IMG/VR virus record: IMGVR_UViG_3300005077_000036
Length of the DNA stretch: 20,000 nt
DNA from: an uncultured virus (IMG/VR IMGVR_UViG_3300005077_000036)
Lineage: Duplodnaviria; Heunggongvirae; Uroviricota; Caudoviricetes
Strand: one strand, 5' to 3'
Positions 15,816-20,000 of this stretch are shown piece after piece (the stretch's first letter is position 1; each line of letters opens with the position of its first letter). The notes under the pieces are model-generated. The model ran no database searches. It had not been told where the DNA came from and worked only from the letters and a program-made list of their open reading frames with translations. The position numbers and the translations under genes were made by a program.

Positions 15816-18008
15816 TCACGGGCCGAACACACCATTGCCTCCACCGAGATCGAAGATGCCGGTGTCGTCGGGGTTTTCGGAATAACCAACGGGCGTTGCC
15901 TGCCCCGTCGGAACGTAGTCGCTGGTCGTCGGAACGCCTGCGCCCGAAGCGTAGGCACCCACGCCCGCAGCTGCCTCCATGATGTCGAACGCCTGATTGA
16001 GGTTCGAGTCGGGCAGGACTCCCTCATTCACTGCGCCCATGCCGGAGTAGCCCGGGACCAGCTCGTAGTCGCCCATGCCGGCGATGTTGACGTTGCGCAT
16101 CACGTACTCACCGAGTTCGCCTCCCGGCATGAGGGAGCCGTCGGTGGAGTAGTATTCGCCGAGGCCAGCAGAAGCCTGGACGTACTCACCCAAGCCCGCG
16201 GCGGCCTGCATCGGCCCCTGGCCGAGACCCTGGATCGCCCAGCGGCTGGACAGGTCGACGGAGGGAACGCCACTCAAGCCCGAGAGCTTGCCCATGACGA
16301 AGCCGTAGACGGCCGAAGCGACGCTCATCGCACCGAACGTTCCGAGCGCGTCCTGGTACTTCTCGCTCGCGTCCGGATCCTGCGTGACCATGTCGACGAG
16401 CTTGTCGCCGAACACGAGCGCCAGCAGACCGAGACCACCGGAGATGTACGTGGAGTAAGCCGGGGCGACCCGGCCGACGAGCCACGGCACGCCGAGGCCG
16501 AGGGCACCGCCAGCGATGTGGTAACCCCAAGCATGCACCGGGTTCTCCGACGCGAAGCCGGAGTTCGCGAGCGCCTGCAGAACGGCCGGGTTGTACCGAG
16601 CGTAACCGCGTCGGCGCCAGCTGCGGCGGGCACGGCCCCACCCACGGCGACGACGGCGGCTGAACCGACGCCGACGTCCCGACGAGCGCCGCTTCCCACG
16701 GCTGAACCGACGCCGACGACCGTATCCTCGCCGACGGTAGCGACGACCGTAGCGTCCGCTGCTCCGAGAGTACCGAGCCTGGTAGCGGCGGTACTTGCGG
16801 CTGCGGGACAGAGCACGCCGCCACGCGCGGTAAGCTCCGTACGAGTCCCACAGTTGACCGGCCTGCTGCTCGGCCGCAGCACGAGCCGCCTGCTCGACTT
16901 CCCAGGGGCTCACGCCCTGCAGGTAAGCCGCCATCGCAGTGCGGGAGAACTTCGGAGGCTTCGGGACACGCAACTTGCGCTGGTAGGTCGGCGGAAGGAA
17001 CTGCCCCCATGACTGACGCGCCCACGGATACATATCCGACCGGAGAGGCACCCCACCGAAGGCCGAAGCCGACCGGCGAGGCACTCCCTCGAACGGAGAG
17101 CTGCGCGAAGCTCCTCGCGCCTGACGCTCCCGCTCACTGGCGAAGTACATGCGAAGGAACTTCTTCTTTTGCTCCTCCGTGTAAGCAGGGCTGTCCAGGA
17201 TTTCTCTCAGGTGCGGCGGCACCTGAGAACGAATCTGGTCCATGGTGATGTTAGCACGCGCCCTGCGACCGTATCCGCGGCGGCCCGACCGGCGACGGCT
17301 CACCCGACGACGACCGTAGCCGCGCGCCCGGCGGCTGCGGCGCATCTTGCGAGACCGCTTCCGCATGCTCCGACGACCCCGACGACGGCTCACCCGACGA
17401 GCAGCCACCCGGCTGCCCCGACGCCAGCTGCGGCGGGTGCTCCGACGCTTGGCCTTGCGTCCACGCCGACGCCGACGACCGCGATTTTCCTCCGCGTATC
17501 CGTCGAACAGGTCGTACATGCTGTCGCCTTCGTTCCGGCGCGCCCTGCGACGGCTCGACCGGCGCCGCTTCATCGGCTTCCAGCTGTAGGACCGGCGACG
17601 CCGACCACTCGAACTACGCCGACGACGACGCCGACGCCTGTTTTCTTCTGCGAAGGTAAACATATCGTTCTCCTCGTTCGTTGGTGAATTGCCACGCGCT
17701 CTGCGACCACGCGGCTCGCAGTACGATTCGGGCACAAAACGCCCAGACTCGTCCCGGCAGCGAGCTTCCGCAACACGGCTCAACTTGCGAGCCTTGCGAC
17801 TCACGAAGCGCCCCTTTTCATCACGGTCGCCCCGAATTCGGTTCGGTCGGCTCCCGTTCGGGATCGCCCCCATGGTCACACCCATGATCGCCGAGACACC
17901 CGGACCATTGCCCCTACTGCTGCGGTTGCGACGAGACCGAGGCGGATCGAAGACGCGATAGCTCTTCGCCATCCAACCAGGCAGTCTGTACATCGTCGCT
18001 TCAGCCAT
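15816..18008 (-). CDS. Arg-rich protamine-like DNA-binding protein with TM helices and GLG-repeat tail, candidate virion core/membrane protein (730 aa)
   Basis: Poly-Arg/Ser/Gly tracts over about aa 120-250 and 395-470, two RDxxGRFV motifs, three hydrophobic segments (IAGGALGLGVPWLVG, YISGGLGLLALVFG, FGAMSVASAVYGFVMG) and an acidic tail with repeated G[LMV]G[ED]Y. Confidence 0.8.
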   Translation of the reverse strand: MAEATMYRLPGWMAKSYRVFDPPRSRRNRSSRGNGPGVSAIMGVTMGAIPNGSRPNRIRGDRDEKGRFVSRKARKLSRVAEARCRDESGRFVPESYCEPRGRRARGNSPTNEENDMFTFAEENRRRRRRRRSSSGRRRRSYSWKPMKRRRSSRRRARRNEGDSMYDLFDGYAEENRGRRRRRGRKAKRRSTRRSWRRGSRVAARRVSRRRGRRSMRKRSRKMRRSRRARGYGRRRVSRRRSGRRGYGRRARANITMDQIRSQVPPHLREILDSPAYTEEQKKKFLRMYFASERERQARGASRSSPFEGVPRRSASAFGGVPLRSDMYPWARQSWGQFLPPTYQRKLRVPKPPKFSRTAMAAYLQGVSPWEVEQAARAAAEQQAGQLWDSYGAYRAWRRALSRSRKYRRYQARYSRSSGRYGRRYRRRGYGRRRRFSRGKRRSSGRRRRFSRRRRRGWGRARRSWRRRGYARYNPAVLQALANSGFASENPVHAWGYHIAGGALGLGVPWLVGRVAPAYSTYISGGLGLLALVFGDKLVDMVTQDPDASEKYQDALGTFGAMSVASAVYGFVMGKLSGLSGVPSVDLSSRWAIQGLGQGPMQAAAGLGEYVQASAGLGEYYSTDGSLMPGGELGEYVMRNVNIAGMGDYELVPGYSGMGAVNEGVLPDSNLNQAFDIMEAAAGVGAYASGAGVPTTSDYVPTGQATPVGYSENPDDTGIFDLGGGNGVFGP
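16657..16718. repeat. 20 bp direct repeat within the Arg-rich coding region
   Basis: CGGCTGAACCGACGCCGACG at 16657-16676 and 16699-16718 (encodes RRRRFSR twice on the - strand). Confidence 0.8.
17293..17400. repeat. 18 bp direct repeat within the Arg-rich coding region
   Basis: CGACGGCTCACCCGACGA at 17293-17310 and 17383-17400 (encodes RRVSRR). Confidence 0.8.
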
Positions 18009-18083
18009 TTTGACGCACTTGTCCGAGCTTTCGCTTCGGGAGCGCCACCCTGGCGGTACACTTCCTCTGCTACGTGTGCGACG

Positions 18084-18113
18084 ACGATACGAGCCCGATC
18101 AAGGGACGGTCAA
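18084..18113 (-). promoter_or_regulatory. Sigma70-like promoter for the core/capsid operon
   Basis: TTGACC (18113-18108), 18 nt, TATCGT (18089-18084), with a T-tract upstream. Lies in the 133 nt gap before the 730 aa gene. Confidence 0.5.
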
Positions 18114-18141
18114 GGTTGCGAAAAATCGTCCGCCGCGCCGG

Positions 18142-18759
18142 CTATCCACCGATGCCGTGCCTGCTGATATGAAGCTCGTCGCCCGTGATCAGCAGGTGAA
18201 ATCCTTCCGGCGAGTAGACGCACAGAAAGATTTGCTGCGTCTTCGGATGCACCCCACCGGCCAGCACGGAGTTCGGAATGTGGATTTCGTAAAGCTCGCC
18301 GTCGCTGGGATGAATCTGCACCCCTCTGTTATCGGCGAGGTCCGCAACGTACTTAGGCATCGGCGGCTCTATCTCGATGGGCATGTAGGCGATCACGCCC
18401 ATCTGTGTCGACCCACGCGCGGGGACCTTCCGCACCTTCACCCATTGGAACGGTCGGCCATGACCGTTCGTGATGTTGGTGTTCGAGGGGTTCACGTACA
18501 AGCGCTGCGGCCCCTCCGCGATGTGCTTGTACAGCTCCCACTCATCCTGGTTGTCGATCCACTTGTCGGACTCGTACAGCTGCGCGTTGCATCGCCCGAT
18601 GTCCATCCAATACCGAGGCCAGCCGAACGGACGAGGCGTCTGGGCTCGCATGGGCTTGCCATAAAAAACCTCTCGAACGTTCTTTGCCGCGTGGTAATCC
18701 AGGGCAAGGGGGGCGACTTCCCTGTTCGAGTGATAGACTTGCGCAACCCTTCGCCTCAT
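18142..18759 (-). CDS. Hypothetical protein (~205 aa)
   Basis: ATG 18759 overlaps the upstream TGA (ATGA). Aromatic-rich globular sequence (LYESDKW..WELYKHIAE, FHLLITGDELHISRHGIGG). The track's extension to 18912 overlaps the next gene. Confidence 0.75.
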   Translation of the reverse strand: MRRRVAQVYHSNREVAPLALDYHAAKNVREVFYGKPMRAQTPRPFGWPRYWMDIGRCNAQLYESDKWIDNQDEWELYKHIAEGPQRLYVNPSNTNITNGHGRPFQWVKVRKVPARGSTQMGVIAYMPIEIEPPMPKYVADLADNRGVQIHPSDGELYEIHIPNSVLAGGVHPKTQQIFLCVYSPEGFHLLITGDELHISRHGIGG

Positions 18760-19112
18760 CGTTGGCCTCGCATCCACAAAATCGCCCCGACCACCGCCAG
18801 CGCCGCCAAGACCGCAACCACTTGCGTGCCCGGCTCCCCTCCCAAGCCCGCCAGCCCCGACGGGGTCGCAGCGCTCGAAGTGCTCCGCCACGGCACGCCT
18901 CCAGCTCGGCAAACGCTGCCAACCGGCACAAAACCTCGCCCTGTTACCCTCGCCCCTTTTGGAAGAGGCCTGGCTGCCTCCGAAGCTGCCACCCCGAATT
19001 TCGTCGGCGCGTACGTGGGGGTGGGAAGATCGTCGTTGATCGGCGTCGCGTCCGAGTATTCGTAGTACACGAAGTCGCCGGACACGGGATCAGGAATGGA
19101 GCAAGTCGCCAC
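18756..19112 (-). CDS. Small protein with C-terminal TM helix (118 aa)
   Basis: SGLAGLGG followed by VVAVLAALAVVGAILWMR. Tightly packed between its neighbours. Confidence 0.75.
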   Translation of the reverse strand: MATCSIPDPVSGDFVYYEYSDATPINDDLPTPTYAPTKFGVAASEAARPLPKGARVTGRGFVPVGSVCRAGGVPWRSTSSAATPSGLAGLGGEPGTQVVAVLAALAVVGAILWMRGQR

Positions 19113-19115
19113 AGC

Positions 19116-19985
19116 TCACCTTACCAGCTGTGCGTGAGACATTGCCTCGATGCGTTGCAACTTCTTGAGTTGTTCGTATGCGAGCTTGTCGCTCGACGCC
19201 TGCCGCACCGCACGGCCAAGGGACGCGGTGATTGTATCGAGGTTCATGAGCAGGACGAGCCCACCCACACCGAGAGCGATGTACGGCAGAGCCTGCTTGA
19301 AGGCCTGAGAGGGAGCGTCGCCAAACAAGCTCGCCCACAAAGCCTGCCCGTTGCCGGCGATGTTCCCCAGATCCTCGCAAATTTGATCCGCCTTCGGATG
19401 CCCATCCCGACGCGCATTTTCACAAGCCATCATGGCCCTCGCCTGCGCCTCGGCAACCGCGGAATCCCTGAGCGAGAGCACAACCACCGCTCCCGCAACA
19501 AGCGCAACACCCACCACCACAACGCCAATCAGAATCACCGCCGCAGTGCCAAGCTCTCCGAGCGCTGGCTGGTCGAGCCTCACATCCGTGCCCGCGCTGC
19601 GGACAATGACTCGCGCACTCTTCGCGCCGCTGCCCAGAGACGAAATCGCCTCCTTCACCGGCTGCTCGGGCGTCACGGTCGGGATGAGCAAGCCCGTCCG
19701 ATGGGCGTGGATGACGTCGGACAGCTGGCGAAGACGCCTCTCAGCGTCCAGCTCGAACGCGTCCATGGGCCACGCCCCAACCTCCACCATGTGCCGGGCA
19801 TACCCCGTCAGGTAGGAGCCCAACCCCGCGCTAGCCTGGCTGAACCGGCCGAGCATGTAGTCGCGGCTCGACTCGGCGTCGAGCGCAGCGGCTGAGTTCT
19901 CGGGCAAATCGATCCCGTCGATGAGCGCCCGCTCGTACGTGGCCGAGTCCCCCACGATGCGCTGCTCGACCAGCTCCGCCGCCAC
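19116..19985 (-). CDS. Membrane protein with two TM helices (>=289 aa, may begin beyond the window)
   Basis: AAVILIGVVVVGVALVAGAVVVLSL and ALPYIALGVGGLVLLM. The frame is open to base 20000. Confidence 0.8.
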   Translation of the reverse strand: MAAELVEQRIVGDSATYERALIDGIDLPENSAAALDAESSRDYMLGRFSQASAGLGSYLTGYARHMVEVGAWPMDAFELDAERRLRQLSDVIHAHRTGLLIPTVTPEQPVKEAISSLGSGAKSARVIVRSAGTDVRLDQPALGELGTAAVILIGVVVVGVALVAGAVVVLSLRDSAVAEAQARAMMACENARRDGHPKADQICEDLGNIAGNGQALWASLFGDAPSQAFKQALPYIALGVGGLVLLMNLDTITASLGRAVRQASSDKLAYEQLKKLQRIEAMSHAQLVR

Positions 19986-20000
19986 CTGACTTCTGGCCGC

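Larger units (their letters stand above)
1..20000. mobile_element. Segment of a putative temperate tailless membrane-containing virus or provirus
   Basis: Integrase, candidate capsid trio, Arg-rich core-like protein and at least 8 membrane proteins, mostly ORFans with overlapping start/stop codons and no housekeeping genes. Ends and att sites are not seen. Confidence 0.6.

Noticed and set aside
16186..17025. Alternative-frame ORFs (279 aa, 185 aa) within the Arg-rich gene
   Set aside because: Expected by-product of stop-poor CGN repeats. The 730 aa frame is continuous into sensible TM and repeat regions.
16600..17640. CGACGCCGACG-type repeats as a CRISPR or noncoding tandem array
   Set aside because: No constant repeat-spacer periodicity. 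Explained by poly-Arg codons.
18010..19895. Long + strand ORFs 18010-19065 and 18684-19895
   Set aside because: Antisense to tightly coupled - strand genes with clear TM helices. No RBS or motifs.

Overview
GC-rich, gene-dense 20 kb window with two convergent blocks and no housekeeping, rRNA, tRNA or CRISPR features. The + block (1-6060) has three hypothetical genes and a very large (~1350 aa) tyrosine recombinase with a complete R-K-HxxR-H-Y catalytic set and a ~830 aa C-terminal extension. The - block (6074-20000) is a run of tightly coupled genes. Read in its direction of transcription it encodes small membrane proteins, a 730 aa protamine-like Arg-rich protein with membrane anchors, three consecutive beta-rich proteins (candidate jelly-roll capsid proteins), more membrane proteins, a Zn-finger + J-domain protein, a Cys-motif protein and two GT4 glycosyltransferases. 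My best interpretation (inference) is part of a large, tailless, internal-membrane temperate virus or provirus. No packaging ATPase, terminase, portal or tail gene is visible here. Notable sequence-level signals: a near-identical 18-mer (GCTTAGCAAwTGCTTGAC) in inverted orientation at 639 and 9731, each starting exactly 50 nt before an ATG; recurrent G-[LMV]-G and basic/acidic-Asn motifs across the putative virion proteins; and structured intergenic RNAs, one of which hides an RBS.
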